Part shown: piece by piece, positions 50,660-60,227 of the stretch
How the letters are laid out: every line of letters begins with the position of its first letter
Numbering within the stretch: position 1 is the stretch's first letter
Origin: Candidatus Enterousia sp.
GTDB taxonomy: Bacteria; Pseudomonadota; Alphaproteobacteria; Rs-D84
Length of the DNA: 64,000 nt
Direction: 5' to 3'
Assembly (NCBI GenBank): GCA_045612805.1
Contig: JAZKZR010000010.1
Coordinates: 195,136-259,135 of the forward strand
Program-made: the position numbers and the translations under genes
Notes under the pieces: model-generated
Told to the model about the DNA's origin: nothing
The model's database searches: none
The model's input: only the letters and a program-made list of their open reading frames with translations

Positions 50660-51634
50660 TTACCTGGATTTATTTTGCAACATTTGCTGTGCCTGATTCC
50701 ATGGCATTGTTGGTCGATTATCGCGTTTTTCAATCGTTTCTATGACACGAAAGCCCAATTGTTGGAAAATTGTTTTTGTTTCCGGACTCATTCGCCCTAT
50801 AAACGGATAAAGATTTCCTTCAAATGTTGCACCGTATTCATTTTGATACTTTGTAAATTGTGATGCAATATAATCCCAATCATTTTTACCAAATTGACCC
50901 TGTTGCACCTTGGACCAAAGCGTAGAATCCGGCACCAGGTGCGTCCCGCCGTATTGCGCCGTTCGCCTTGCAATGTGATCTTCGCTTGGGCCGGCAAAGT
51001 GATGATTAAAACCCCATCCAATTGTGTAACCTGTATTTTCGGATTGAAGCATATTTTGTGGCTTTGTTTTGTATGTCATCACTGTGTTTTGCGTCGATTT
51101 ACCAGGGGCATTTCTGACCTTGATCGTGATACCTAATGCTTCGAAAAGGTTTGCAACATTCCGATCCATTCCCATGACGTTCCCCGGGAGGTTATCATTA
51201 ATCTGTGAGACATAAATAACGCCGTCAAGTTTCACGCGCCCATACGGATCACCGGCAACAAAATTCATGAAACGATTATAAATACCTGGCCACTGGTTAT
51301 TTAGTATCCAGGTTGAACCTTTGATTGACTGTTCCGTTGTGTCCGGCATAATTACCACCCAATTGCCCACGTCGGTATAAGATTTTACATGATCGTTAAG
51401 TGGTCCGGTCCAATCATAAAACCACGAAAACCGAAGTGTGTCATTGAATTTTGAATTCAGATTCGGTTCGTTGGTGGGTGGCAAATCCGGCTGATTCGGT
51501 TGTATGTTTATCGTTGTATCGGGGGTATTGGTGTATTCATCATTTTCGGGTAATGGCACCTTTTTGCACCCATACGCCCCCATCGGTAACGCCGCTAGCG
51601 AAAGCCAATATATGACCTTTTGTCCAATCTTCAT
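50660..51634 (-). CDS. Secreted hypothetical protein
   Basis: Signal peptide MKIGQKVIYWLSLAALPMGAYGC. 324 aa. Confidence 0.45.
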   Translation of the reverse strand: MKIGQKVIYWLSLAALPMGAYGCKKVPLPENDEYTNTPDTTINIQPNQPDLPPTNEPNLNSKFNDTLRFSWFYDWTGPLNDHVKSYTDVGNWVVIMPDTTEQSIKGSTWILNNQWPGIYNRFMNFVAGDPYGRVKLDGVIYVSQINDNLPGNVMGMDRNVANLFEALGITIKVRNAPGKSTQNTVMTYKTKPQNMLQSENTGYTIGWGFNHHFAGPSEDHIARRTAQYGGTHLVPDSTLWSKVQQGQFGKNDWDYIASQFTKYQNEYGATFEGNLYPFIGRMSPETKTIFQQLGFRVIETIEKRDNRPTMPWNQAQQMLQNKSR

Positions 51635-51756
51635 TTATAACCTCCTACGTTTTCTTAGTGTTTGAATAACTAAATAACACTTATATTATATATTCAAAAG
51701 TGCGTATTGTCAAGTTGTTTGTTGGGCAAGAAAAACGGGCGCAACCGCGCCCAAAA

Positions 51757-52509
51757 TCATTTCTTTTTATGTTTGTTCGTTTTCTTTTCGGTATTGATAA
51801 GTTTCCTGTTTGTGATTTTATTTAGAATCATTTCCGGACTTATTGATTTAAATTTCAAAAACCAATCGCGTTCGCTGGCATGGCGAATATCAGAAATTTT
51901 GCCGGGGGCAGGCACAATAACATCTTCGCCGGGAATCCATTCTGCGGGCGTTGCGACATGAAACGCATCCGATGTTTGCAACGCGATAACAACGCGCTTT
52001 ATTTCCGTGATATTGCGCCCGACCGATTTCGGATAATAAAGAATAGTTCTAATAATCCCACGCGGATCAATTATAAAGACGGCACGCACGGTATCTGTAT
52101 TGCCAACGGCATCATGAATCATACCATATTTGCGCGCGACATCGCCGGACGCGTCCGCCACGACCGGAAAGGTTATTTCCATATTCTTCCAACCCTGATA
52201 GTTTATATCGTTGCGAATCGTTTGAATCCATGCCATATGCGATGCGTTTGAATCAACAGATAACCCAACCAGTTCCGTATTTAGTGCGTGAAATTCATCC
52301 GCCATCGATTGAAATGTCATAAATTCAGTCGTGCAAACCGGCGTAAAATCACCTGGGTGCGAAAAGAACACAACCCAATGTCCGCGATAATCATGTGGAA
52401 AGTGGATATAGCCGTTTGTCGTATTTGCACCAAATTCCGGCGCCGCATCCCCGATAAGTGGTATATTGCTTTCGTAATCACAGTTAAATTCGTTTAAAAA
52501 ATCTTTCAT
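51757..52509 (-). CDS. 1-Cys peroxiredoxin (Prx6-like)
   Basis: FTPVCTTEF peroxidatic Cys motif. The start is placed at MKDFLNEF, which has the ribosome-binding site AAGGGGGAAAA. The ORF track start at 52593 would add 28 aa. Confidence 0.8.
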   Translation of the reverse strand: MKDFLNEFNCDYESNIPLIGDAAPEFGANTTNGYIHFPHDYRGHWVVFFSHPGDFTPVCTTEFMTFQSMADEFHALNTELVGLSVDSNASHMAWIQTIRNDINYQGWKNMEITFPVVADASGDVARKYGMIHDAVGNTDTVRAVFIIDPRGIIRTILYYPKSVGRNITEIKRVVIALQTSDAFHVATPAEWIPGEDVIVPAPGKISDIRHASERDWFLKFKSISPEMILNKITNRKLINTEKKTNKHKKK

Positions 52510-52652
52510 ATTTTCCCCCTTTGGTTGATTGCATGGTATCAAATACGCGCGTCGTTTTCCCCAAGATAGAATTCTTATGCAATCTATACACATACTAACA
52601 CTTGAATTATTTTTTTGTTGGTGGTATCATGAAATTCCAAAAGGAAAAAGAA

Positions 52653-52931
52653 ATGAAAAGGTCTGATATTATACGCACTATTCGGGTTCAATTTAGGCGC
52701 ATGCGCACCGTTGATGCGGCGGCGGTGTTGGATACGGTGGTGGACACGATGATTGATGCGGTGGCACGTGGTGACCGTATTGAAATCCGTGGTTTTGGCA
52801 CGATTCGGCCGCGTCCGCGTGCCACAAAAATCGGATATAACCCCGTGACCGGGCAACCGATGCATTTGCCCGCAAATACGACAATTTTGTTTCGCCCAAG
52901 TCGCGAACTAACCAAAAAAATGAATGGATAA
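52653..52931 (+). CDS. Integration host factor / HU-family DNA-binding protein
   Basis: GDRIEIRGFGTI...P.TG arm motif. 92 aa from the Met that follows the ribosome-binding site AAGGAAAAAG. Confidence 0.75.
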   Translation: MKRSDIIRTIRVQFRRMRTVDAAAVLDTVVDTMIDAVARGDRIEIRGFGTIRPRPRATKIGYNPVTGQPMHLPANTTILFRPSRELTKKMNG

Positions 52932-52936
52932 TTATT

Positions 52937-54679
52937 ATGTTGTTCGGTAAAAGTTCCGGAATAAAAAATAAAAATCGTGAAAAATATGACCGCGTTCGCA
53001 AACTTATGTGGATAAAATGCGAATCCTGCGGGAAATTGGTTTATTACAAGGATTACAAAAACAATCATTATATTTGCCCGCGTTGCGGCCGCGCATTTAT
53101 TATGAACCCGAAACAGCGGTTTGATTTACTGTTTGATGACCGCACGTGGGAAAAAATCCCATTGCCAACCATGCCGGATGACCCATTGGGCTTTGTGGAC
53201 CGTATGCCATATTCCGAACGCTTGGCCGAGGCACGAAATGACACCGGTTATAACGATGCGGTCACAACGGCGGACGGAAAAATTGGCGGAATTCCAACAA
53301 CAATTTGTATCCTTAACGGCGAATTTATGATGGGTTCAATGGGGCGCGTTGCGGGCGAATGCATTGTCGCATCGGCCCAGCATGCAATTGATACACACCA
53401 ACCTTTTATTATGGTCGCGTGCAGTGGTGGCGCCCGGATGCAGGAAAACATACTTTCATTGATGCAAATGGCGCGCACGACCGTTGCGGTGAACAAATTG
53501 CACGCCGCACGGATTCCATACATTGTGCTGTTGACCGACCCAACATATGGCGGTGTGACGGCGTCCTTTGCAATGCTGGGCGATATCAATATCGCGGAAT
53601 CCGGCGCGCGAATCGGCTTTGCCGGACGGCGCGTGATTGAGCAAAATATTCGTGAAAAATTGCCGGCCAATTTCCAAACGGCGGATTACCTTTATGAACA
53701 CGGTATGGTTGATATGGTTGTCCCGCGTGCGGAATTAAAGGCGCGGCTTGAAAAAATCTTGCGTGTGTTGATGAATGTGCCGGGCGTGCCGCATGAAATT
53801 TCGGTGCAAACCCCGCCCGCCACAAACGAAACATCGAAAAAGGCACGCGGCATGGGTGAAACACCCGCCTATGACAAGGTTTTACTTGCGCGGAACGAAA
53901 ATCGCCCACATTTCTTGGACTATATAAACGGAATTGTTGACGATTGGACATACCTTGCGGGTGATAGATTGTTTGGTGAAGATGCGGCAATGTGTGGCGG
54001 GATTGGTCTGTGGAACGGCACGCCCGCGGTAATTTTAGGTCAGGAAAAAGGTCGCACCATTGAAACGCGTCAATTGCATCGTTTTGGCATGCCAAATCCA
54101 GAGGGTTATCGCAAGGCGCAAAGATTGATGCGACTTGCCGAACGATTTAATTTACCGGTAATATCGCTTTTTGATACGGCGGGTGCTTTTGCGGGATCGG
54201 CCGCCGAAGAACGTGGCCAGTCCGAGGCCGTCGCCACATCAATCCAAACGGGGCTTTCAATAAAGACACCATACATCGCCGTGAACGTGGGCGAAGGTGG
54301 TTCCGGTGGCGCAATTGCAATCGGTACCGGCGACCGTGTTTTAATGCTTGAAAACGCGATTTATTCGGTGATTGCGCCGGAATCTTGTGCAAGTATTTTG
54401 TGGAAGGATAATAAGTTCAAAGCAACGGCGGCGGAGGCAATGAAACTGACCGCGGCGGACATGATGGAAATGCGCGTGATTGATAAAATTATTCCCGAAC
54501 CCGCGGGCGGGGCGCATACCGATTGGAAGACGACGATGCAGAATTTGTCCGATATGGTTAGCGAGCAGATAAAACTGTTGCAAAAGACCGCACCGGAAAA
54601 ATTGCCGGAATTGCGTGCTGAAAAATTCCTTAAGATGACGCGCAAAATCGACGGCGAAAGCGCAAAACGGGGAAAGTAA
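52937..54679 (+). CDS. accDA: Acetyl-CoA carboxylase carboxyltransferase, fused beta-alpha (AccD-AccA) polypeptide
   Basis: AccD zinc ribbon CESCGKLVYYKDYKNNHYICPRCG is followed by the carboxyltransferase beta and alpha halves in one 580-aa frame. Confidence 0.85.
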   Translation: MLFGKSSGIKNKNREKYDRVRKLMWIKCESCGKLVYYKDYKNNHYICPRCGRAFIMNPKQRFDLLFDDRTWEKIPLPTMPDDPLGFVDRMPYSERLAEARNDTGYNDAVTTADGKIGGIPTTICILNGEFMMGSMGRVAGECIVASAQHAIDTHQPFIMVACSGGARMQENILSLMQMARTTVAVNKLHAARIPYIVLLTDPTYGGVTASFAMLGDINIAESGARIGFAGRRVIEQNIREKLPANFQTADYLYEHGMVDMVVPRAELKARLEKILRVLMNVPGVPHEISVQTPPATNETSKKARGMGETPAYDKVLLARNENRPHFLDYINGIVDDWTYLAGDRLFGEDAAMCGGIGLWNGTPAVILGQEKGRTIETRQLHRFGMPNPEGYRKAQRLMRLAERFNLPVISLFDTAGAFAGSAAEERGQSEAVATSIQTGLSIKTPYIAVNVGEGGSGGAIAIGTGDRVLMLENAIYSVIAPESCASILWKDNKFKATAAEAMKLTAADMMEMRVIDKIIPEPAGGAHTDWKTTMQNLSDMVSEQIKLLQKTAPEKLPELRAEKFLKMTRKIDGESAKRGK

Positions 54680-54714
54680 TCATTGGCATTTGGTCTGGTA
54701 CTGAAATTTTTTAA

Positions 54715-54736
54715 GCCCGCACTTTTTTGTGCGGGC
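54715..54736 (+). terminator. Hairpin after accDA
   Basis: gcccgcac-tttttt-gtgcgggc. No strong T-run follows. Confidence 0.4.
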
Positions 54737-54748
54737 TAACAAAATTTC

Positions 54749-54765
54749 GTGGCGGAGCGTATAGG
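54749..54765 (+). repeat. Direct repeat of the tRNA-Ser(GCT) 3' end (att-like remnant)
   Basis: tggcggagcgTatagga matches tggcggagcgGatagga at the tRNA 3' end, 173 bp away in the same orientation. Confidence 0.45.
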
Positions 54766-54921
54766 ATTGGACTCCCCTTCCGCTATCGCGGCGGGGATCC
54801 CCCTCTCCACTCGCAACGATTTGATTACGCTATGCTTATCAAATCTGCTCCGTGTCGAACCTATACGGTTCTCGTGACCATCTTTTCGCCATTTTTAATA
54901 CCCCTTGCGGGGCATAAAAAA

Positions 54922-55012
54922 TGGCGGAGCGGATAGGACTCGAACCTATGGACCGCTATAACACGGTCACGGATTAGCAATCCGCTGCATTACCACTCTG
55001 CCAACGCTCCGC
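54922..55012 (-). tRNA. tRNA-Ser (anticodon GCT), class II
   Basis: Acceptor GCGGAGC, anticodon loop TTGCTAA, long variable arm, T-loop TTCGAGT, encoded CCA. Confidence 0.85.
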
Positions 55013-55069
55013 AGTGTGCGGATGTGATTATATCAGACCAAAAACAAAAAAATCAAGGTAAATTTGCCG

Positions 55070-55330
55070 TCAAAGAAAATATTTTTCCTGTACGCTTTCC
55101 GGTACGTGCCGCAGGGCGATTTCAACCTTGTGCCAAATATGTTTGATATAATCTAACGCCTCGTCCAGGTTTGTAATCGCCAATTTCACATTGCCTTTTG
55201 GTGCCTCTATCTTGGCAATCGTGACAACATCTTCGATTTCTTGCAGTGTTTCAAGTATGCTCATTTGTTCGGTGGTAAAAGTGCCAAATCCTTTTGTGTA
55301 TTTCATCTGTGCCCCCTTTGCTATCAACAT
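55070..55330 (-). CDS. Small hypothetical protein (island cargo)
   Basis: 86-aa ORF directly downstream of the lysozyme gene. Confidence 0.4.
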   Translation of the reverse strand: MLIAKGAQMKYTKGFGTFTTEQMSILETLQEIEDVVTIAKIEAPKGNVKLAITNLDEALDYIKHIWHKVEIALRHVPESVQEKYFL

Positions 55331-55345
55331 TTTATCCGTTCGTGT

Positions 55346-55861
55346 TCACAAATTCAATGCGTAAATTCCGTTTTCATATATGTTTAGTTCAACTTCGCGT
55401 CGGCGAATAAGGCCTGCGCTCACATGGCCGCCAGTTTTGTTCCATGCCCGCCACGCCGCGCCCAGATTAAAGTATCGCGCGCTTTTGAAATTCGGATTGT
55501 TTATATATTTTACAACCGTCGAATTTGCAAAATTCCGCGCGCCAATGTTAAAGCACAGCATTACCAACGCATCAAATTGATTTTGCCGCAGGTTAGTCGT
55601 TATTGCGTTGCATACCGCGTGTTCTGCCACCGACAAATCACCACGCAAAATTTTCGTTGCCGCATCTTCATCGATTCCGTCACGAAAATCTTCGCCTGGT
55701 TTAATCAAATGCCCATATCCAATCGTTGCGCCGGCTGGCAGTGGCGCGCCCGCCGCAATCGGTTGCCCGTTTTTATCGTCGTATATAACATGCCGGCCAT
55801 TACGCATGACGCGGCCTTCGCACTGTTTCAATGTGCGAATGCCATTATCACTTAGTTTCAT
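55346..55861 (-). CDS. Phage-type lysozyme (GH24, P22 gp19 / T4 lysozyme-like)
   Basis: MKLSDNGIRTLKQCEGRV...TIGYGH...NQFDALVMLCFNIG pattern, with the catalytic Glu in the CEGR context. Confidence 0.8.
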   Translation of the reverse strand: MKLSDNGIRTLKQCEGRVMRNGRHVIYDDKNGQPIAAGAPLPAGATIGYGHLIKPGEDFRDGIDEDAATKILRGDLSVAEHAVCNAITTNLRQNQFDALVMLCFNIGARNFANSTVVKYINNPNFKSARYFNLGAAWRAWNKTGGHVSAGLIRRREVELNIYENGIYALNL

Positions 55862-56091
55862 ATAAAATCCTTTGGATGAAATTTATTAAAAAAGTTCCGC
55901 GCAAAAACGCGGAACAAAGGAGTCAGTAATAATTACATTACGCATATATTATAACACAAAATAAAACAAAAATCAAATTATAAATAAACACCAATAACAA
56001 AAGATACAGTTCTATTAAAAATAGAACATATTGAATAAAATCTTATTCGTGTTAGAATCCGATTCGTAACAAAAATAATAGGGAGAAAAAA

Positions 56092-56331
56092 ATGACGAAC
56101 GATCAATTATGGGACGCAATCATAAACCTTGCAAAATGGCTGCATTTATCGTGTTCGGGGTTGGCAAAACTTGCGGGATTGGATGCAACAACATTTAACA
56201 AAAGTAAACGCATCAACCGTTTTGGCGAAAAACGTTGGCCAACAACATGCAGTTTGGCCAAGGTCCTGAACGCCACCGGATTCACCCTTGCGGAATTTGC
56301 CAAAAAATTCATGCCAAAGGATAATCGATAA
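56092..56331 (+). CDS. Small HTH DNA-binding protein (phage CI/Cro-like)
   Basis: 79 aa. The HTH-like segment is LSCSGLAKLAGLDATTFNKSKR. Confidence 0.5.
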   Translation: MTNDQLWDAIINLAKWLHLSCSGLAKLAGLDATTFNKSKRINRFGEKRWPTTCSLAKVLNATGFTLAEFAKKFMPKDNR

Positions 56332-56435
56332 TTTTTTTATTAAACAAAAAGCCCTTGTATTAATTTTTGTTATTTAGTATATTGCCATCACAATAGGGGA
56401 AAGGGGTTAATTTACTGTATTTGCGGGTATCAGAT

Positions 56436-59400
56436 ATGAAAAAATTGTGTGCAACAATTGCTTTTACGGTTTATACATTGGCCGTGGCGTTTGCGGGCAC
56501 GGCATTTGCAGAAACAAATTGCACTGGTTGGTCATACTATGATTCCGTGTCGGAAACCTGTGTCACATGTGAAAATTCTGGTTTTACAATTACCACGTCC
56601 AGTTTGGCGGCAAATACGAACTTTTGGTTCACCATGTCCCCAAAGGGCAGTTTTGCGGTTGATTGGGGCGATGGCACCATAGATAACATTGATCGTGATA
56701 ATACAACCGTAACGGATTATTCGCATACATATACAAACGGTGGGGTGAAAACAATTAAGTTTTGTGGTCGGGCAACAGAATATAATTCCGCCGGTGGTGA
56801 CAGTGTTGTTGCGGCAATATCGTTTTATAAAAACGATTCAACTAATACATCTAAATGGATTACGTCCGTATCCGGATCAATGGGTTCAATGTTCCCAACC
56901 ATATCTGATACCCCTGCGGGCCAGCCACGTTTCCGCAGTACATTCCAAGGTGCCAGCAGCTTAACAACGATATCGGCAAACTTGTTCAGTGGTGTGTCGG
57001 GTTCGGCGGAAGGTATGTTCCGTTCAACATTTGATAAAAGCGGGTTAAAGGCGATACCATACGGATTGTTTGCCGGTATAACGGGTGGTGCCTCAAATAT
57101 GTTTCGTTCAACATTTTACCAGTGCCGGGGGTTAACATCACTGCCGGATGATTTATTCGCCGGAATTACGGTCGCCGCCCAGGATGAATTTAGGTTCACT
57201 TTTTACCAGGCAAGTAGTTTATCGGGCGAATATATCCCGGCAAGTGCGTTTATTGGGTTGGTAAATGCGGGTTCCCCACAACCGGAAACTGGCAGCATGT
57301 GGTATCAAACATTTGATGGAACCGGTTTATTAAAAGCATGTCCGTCGCGGACACACCCGTTCATTACTGGCTACGAAGGGGAAACCGCAAGTGTCACATG
57401 GAACGGGTATGTGGCTTGTCAACCAGATAATCCGTGTAAGGGGGCGGAATATTGGGATTCAACGAACGAGGTTTGCGTTCCATGTCCCGGCGACTATGTT
57501 TATGATATGAAAAATACCAAGATATCGATTAACGAATGTAAAATTCAGTGTTCTGCCGGAACATATTTGGCGAATGCGGGTGATTTGACTTGTACCAATG
57601 CGGGGGTTGGTTATTACGCGATGGGCGGTGTGTTCAGTTATGGTCAATCCAGTACACGTACCCAATGTCCGGATAATATGCCGACAATAAATAATACCAC
57701 CACCGCATCCGATGTTGAACAATGTGTTGTGCGTTGTCGTGGCATACAATATCGCAATCCAAATAATTTATGTGTTGATTGTCCACCGGGATACGATGAC
57801 GATGATACGGACGGCAAAAATGCAATTACCGACTGTAAAATTCTTTGTGATGGCGGAACATATTTGCCAACGGCGAATGCGTCATCGTGTGAAGATGTTG
57901 GTGACGGTTATTGGTCGGTGGCAACAACGGTCGCATATGGTTCAACCGTATCGCGCAACAAATGTCCAATTGGTCAAACGACTGGTATGACCAATGCATC
58001 CAGTGCATCACAGTGTAGGGAAGCATTATGTACCGGTGCAACATATCGTGATTCTGTGACGGGGGAATGTATATCGTGCCCAATTGGATACGATGCGCAT
58101 ACGGTATCCGGTAAAACATCAATAAGTGAATGCCAGATTCATTGTTATGCCGGGACATATATTGCAAATGCGAATGATACAGTATGCACCAATGTTGGTG
58201 ATGGATACTATGCGGCGGCATCCGATGTAAATTACGGTTCAACTGGTTCGCGTGGTCAATGTCCATCCGGTCAATTAACGGGAACACAAACCGCGGCCAG
58301 TTCTTCACAGTGTAAAACATCATGCCTGGGTGTGCAATATTACGATTCTGCAACGGGGGCTTGTAAAAATTGCCCAACTGGATATACTGATAACCCCGCA
58401 GACGGCAAGAATAACATTAACCAGTGCCAGGCCTATTGTGCGGGGGGGACAGTTTTTGCGACATACACGCCACTTGAATATTTACAGAGCAGAAACGGAA
58501 ACCAATTTATTGATACTGGATATGGGGTCACAAGTGACCACGTAAATGGAACCGTGGTGATAGAAAATCTTGAAGTAATAACTAATCCTTCGCAATATGA
58601 TTCGGGTAATTTCTTTGGGAATTTATATGGACAAGGTGGATTTAGTTCTGGGTGGAAAAAGAATGTTTTTGGTGTATGGCTGCAGAAAACAAATGGTGGT
58701 GGTGCAAAGGCGCAGTATTCTGCCCCATTGAATCAGAATCAAGTATATACGATAAAATATGATATTACTTTGACGCTTGGAAATAATGGTAAGAAGAGTG
58801 GTGTTCCAAAGATTACTGTTGATAATAATAGTCCAAAAACGGCGAATGTACCAGATGTGTCGATTAATTATGAAGGAAATACGATAAAATTATTTACGAA
58901 CGGCAGTGCGTTTAAAAACGGCAATTCAATTGAACTTCCAAATGGTGATAAAATATTTGGTGGACGCATGTATTCAATGCAATTGTATGACAACGGTGTG
59001 TTGAAATTAGACCTGATTCCTGCACGACGCGAATCAGACGGTGAATTGGGTATGTATAATCGTGTTGACGGTGATTTTTATGTGAATGCTGGGTTTGATA
59101 CCTTTATTGCCGGTGCTGATAGCGGCGATCCATTTGGTTCGTGTGGTCCTGTGGGTAATGGATACTATATTGGCGCAACTTATACGAATTATGGAACGGT
59201 TGGAACACGTAGTAAATGTCCAAATGGTGCGCCAACTATGGAAAATAATAAAATTATAAATAATGCCAGCAGTATTTACCAGTGTGGTGGTGTTGAACCA
59301 TGCGAAGGTGCGATGTACCCGGATCCGGGTACCGGTATATGTACACTGTGTCCAACGAATTATATTTCTAATACACAAAATGGGAAAGAATCTATCTATG

Positions 59401-60125
59401 AATGTCAAATACATTGTGAACCAGGAACATATTTGGCAAATGCCAACGATGCGTCGTGCATAAATGTTGGTAATGGCTATTATACAGACGACAGTTTGAT
59501 AAATTGGGGCGATGTTGGAACGCGTACGCGTTGTCCAAATGGTGGTGTCACGAACATGACAAATGCCGCCACCGCTGATGCATGTGTGCCCATTGGCACG
59601 TGCAGTGGCGCAACATATATGAATTCTGGCACATGTGAACCATGTCCAACCGGATACACCGCCAATACGATAAATGGTAAAACGGCGGCAACCGATTGCC
59701 AAATGGTCTGTCCGGTGGGTTCGTATTTAGCAATGGCAAACGCAACAACATGTACCGATGCGGGTGCGGGTTATTGGGCAACGGGTGGCGTGGTAAATTA
59801 TGGTTCAACCAGTATAAAGAACGCCTGTGCAACGGGACTTACCACCGTTGGATATGGACACGGTGCGGATGAAGCGTCGGATTGTGGGCGTAAATTACAC
59901 CTTGGGGACTTTATATTATACACCAAAACAACAAAACCGACATTGCCCGCAATAAATGTTCGGGTTGAAAACGATAGCACAACACATTATATCGGGGTCA
60001 GTGATACGGACCAAACATTAACCCCAATTCATGTGACCCAGGGTGAAACACAATATACCGCCTTTGACGACAGTATTTTATACAGCGAACGTGATTTGGA
60101 AACCAACACGCGTATTACACAATAA
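56436..60125 (+). CDS. Large secreted Cys-rich repeat protein: N-terminal surface-protein short repeats (DUF285-like), seven roughly 100-aa CxxCPxGY modules, and a central predicted jelly-roll module
   Basis: Signal peptide MKKLCATIAFTVYTLAVAFAGTAFA. Repeats MFRSTF...GL..IP.GLFAGIT. The module C.G..Y.D...G.C..CP.GY.....GK..I..CQI.C..GTY.ANAND..C.NVG.GYY...NYGS...R..CP.G occurs seven times. The frame is open from 56421. Confidence 0.85.
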   Translation: MKKLCATIAFTVYTLAVAFAGTAFAETNCTGWSYYDSVSETCVTCENSGFTITTSSLAANTNFWFTMSPKGSFAVDWGDGTIDNIDRDNTTVTDYSHTYTNGGVKTIKFCGRATEYNSAGGDSVVAAISFYKNDSTNTSKWITSVSGSMGSMFPTISDTPAGQPRFRSTFQGASSLTTISANLFSGVSGSAEGMFRSTFDKSGLKAIPYGLFAGITGGASNMFRSTFYQCRGLTSLPDDLFAGITVAAQDEFRFTFYQASSLSGEYIPASAFIGLVNAGSPQPETGSMWYQTFDGTGLLKACPSRTHPFITGYEGETASVTWNGYVACQPDNPCKGAEYWDSTNEVCVPCPGDYVYDMKNTKISINECKIQCSAGTYLANAGDLTCTNAGVGYYAMGGVFSYGQSSTRTQCPDNMPTINNTTTASDVEQCVVRCRGIQYRNPNNLCVDCPPGYDDDDTDGKNAITDCKILCDGGTYLPTANASSCEDVGDGYWSVATTVAYGSTVSRNKCPIGQTTGMTNASSASQCREALCTGATYRDSVTGECISCPIGYDAHTVSGKTSISECQIHCYAGTYIANANDTVCTNVGDGYYAAASDVNYGSTGSRGQCPSGQLTGTQTAASSSQCKTSCLGVQYYDSATGACKNCPTGYTDNPADGKNNINQCQAYCAGGTVFATYTPLEYLQSRNGNQFIDTGYGVTSDHVNGTVVIENLEVITNPSQYDSGNFFGNLYGQGGFSSGWKKNVFGVWLQKTNGGGAKAQYSAPLNQNQVYTIKYDITLTLGNNGKKSGVPKITVDNNSPKTANVPDVSINYEGNTIKLFTNGSAFKNGNSIELPNGDKIFGGRMYSMQLYDNGVLKLDLIPARRESDGELGMYNRVDGDFYVNAGFDTFIAGADSGDPFGSCGPVGNGYYIGATYTNYGTVGTRSKCPNGAPTMENNKIINNASSIYQCGGVEPCEGAMYPDPGTGICTLCPTNYISNTQNGKESIYECQIHCEPGTYLANANDASCINVGNGYYTDDSLINWGDVGTRTRCPNGGVTNMTNAATADACVPIGTCSGATYMNSGTCEPCPTGYTANTINGKTAATDCQMVCPVGSYLAMANATTCTDAGAGYWATGGVVNYGSTSIKNACATGLTTVGYGHGADEASDCGRKLHLGDFILYTKTTKPTLPAINVRVENDSTTHYIGVSDTDQTLTPIHVTQGETQYTAFDDSILYSERDLETNTRITQ

Positions 60126-60227
60126 ATAATAAAAGGAATCATTGCGCTGGTATCGCAATAAGCAAAATTATACTAAAATGTGCAGAAATAGTATTTGAAA
60201 ATACTAAGAACATTGAAAAATCATTTA

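Noticed and set aside
51757-52593. Longer 278-aa version of the peroxiredoxin ORF starting at 52593
   Set aside because: The extra 28 N-terminal residues (MCIDCIRILSWGKRRAYLIPCNQPKGEN) are not Prx-like, whereas the internal Met has a strong ribosome-binding site and begins the conserved domain.
54766-54921. A second, degenerate tRNA or pseudo-tRNA adjacent to tRNA-Ser(GCT)
   Set aside because: Only the last about 17 nt (the 3' T-stem half plus acceptor strand) are conserved and no D or anticodon arm can be folded. It is better interpreted as an att-site duplicate.
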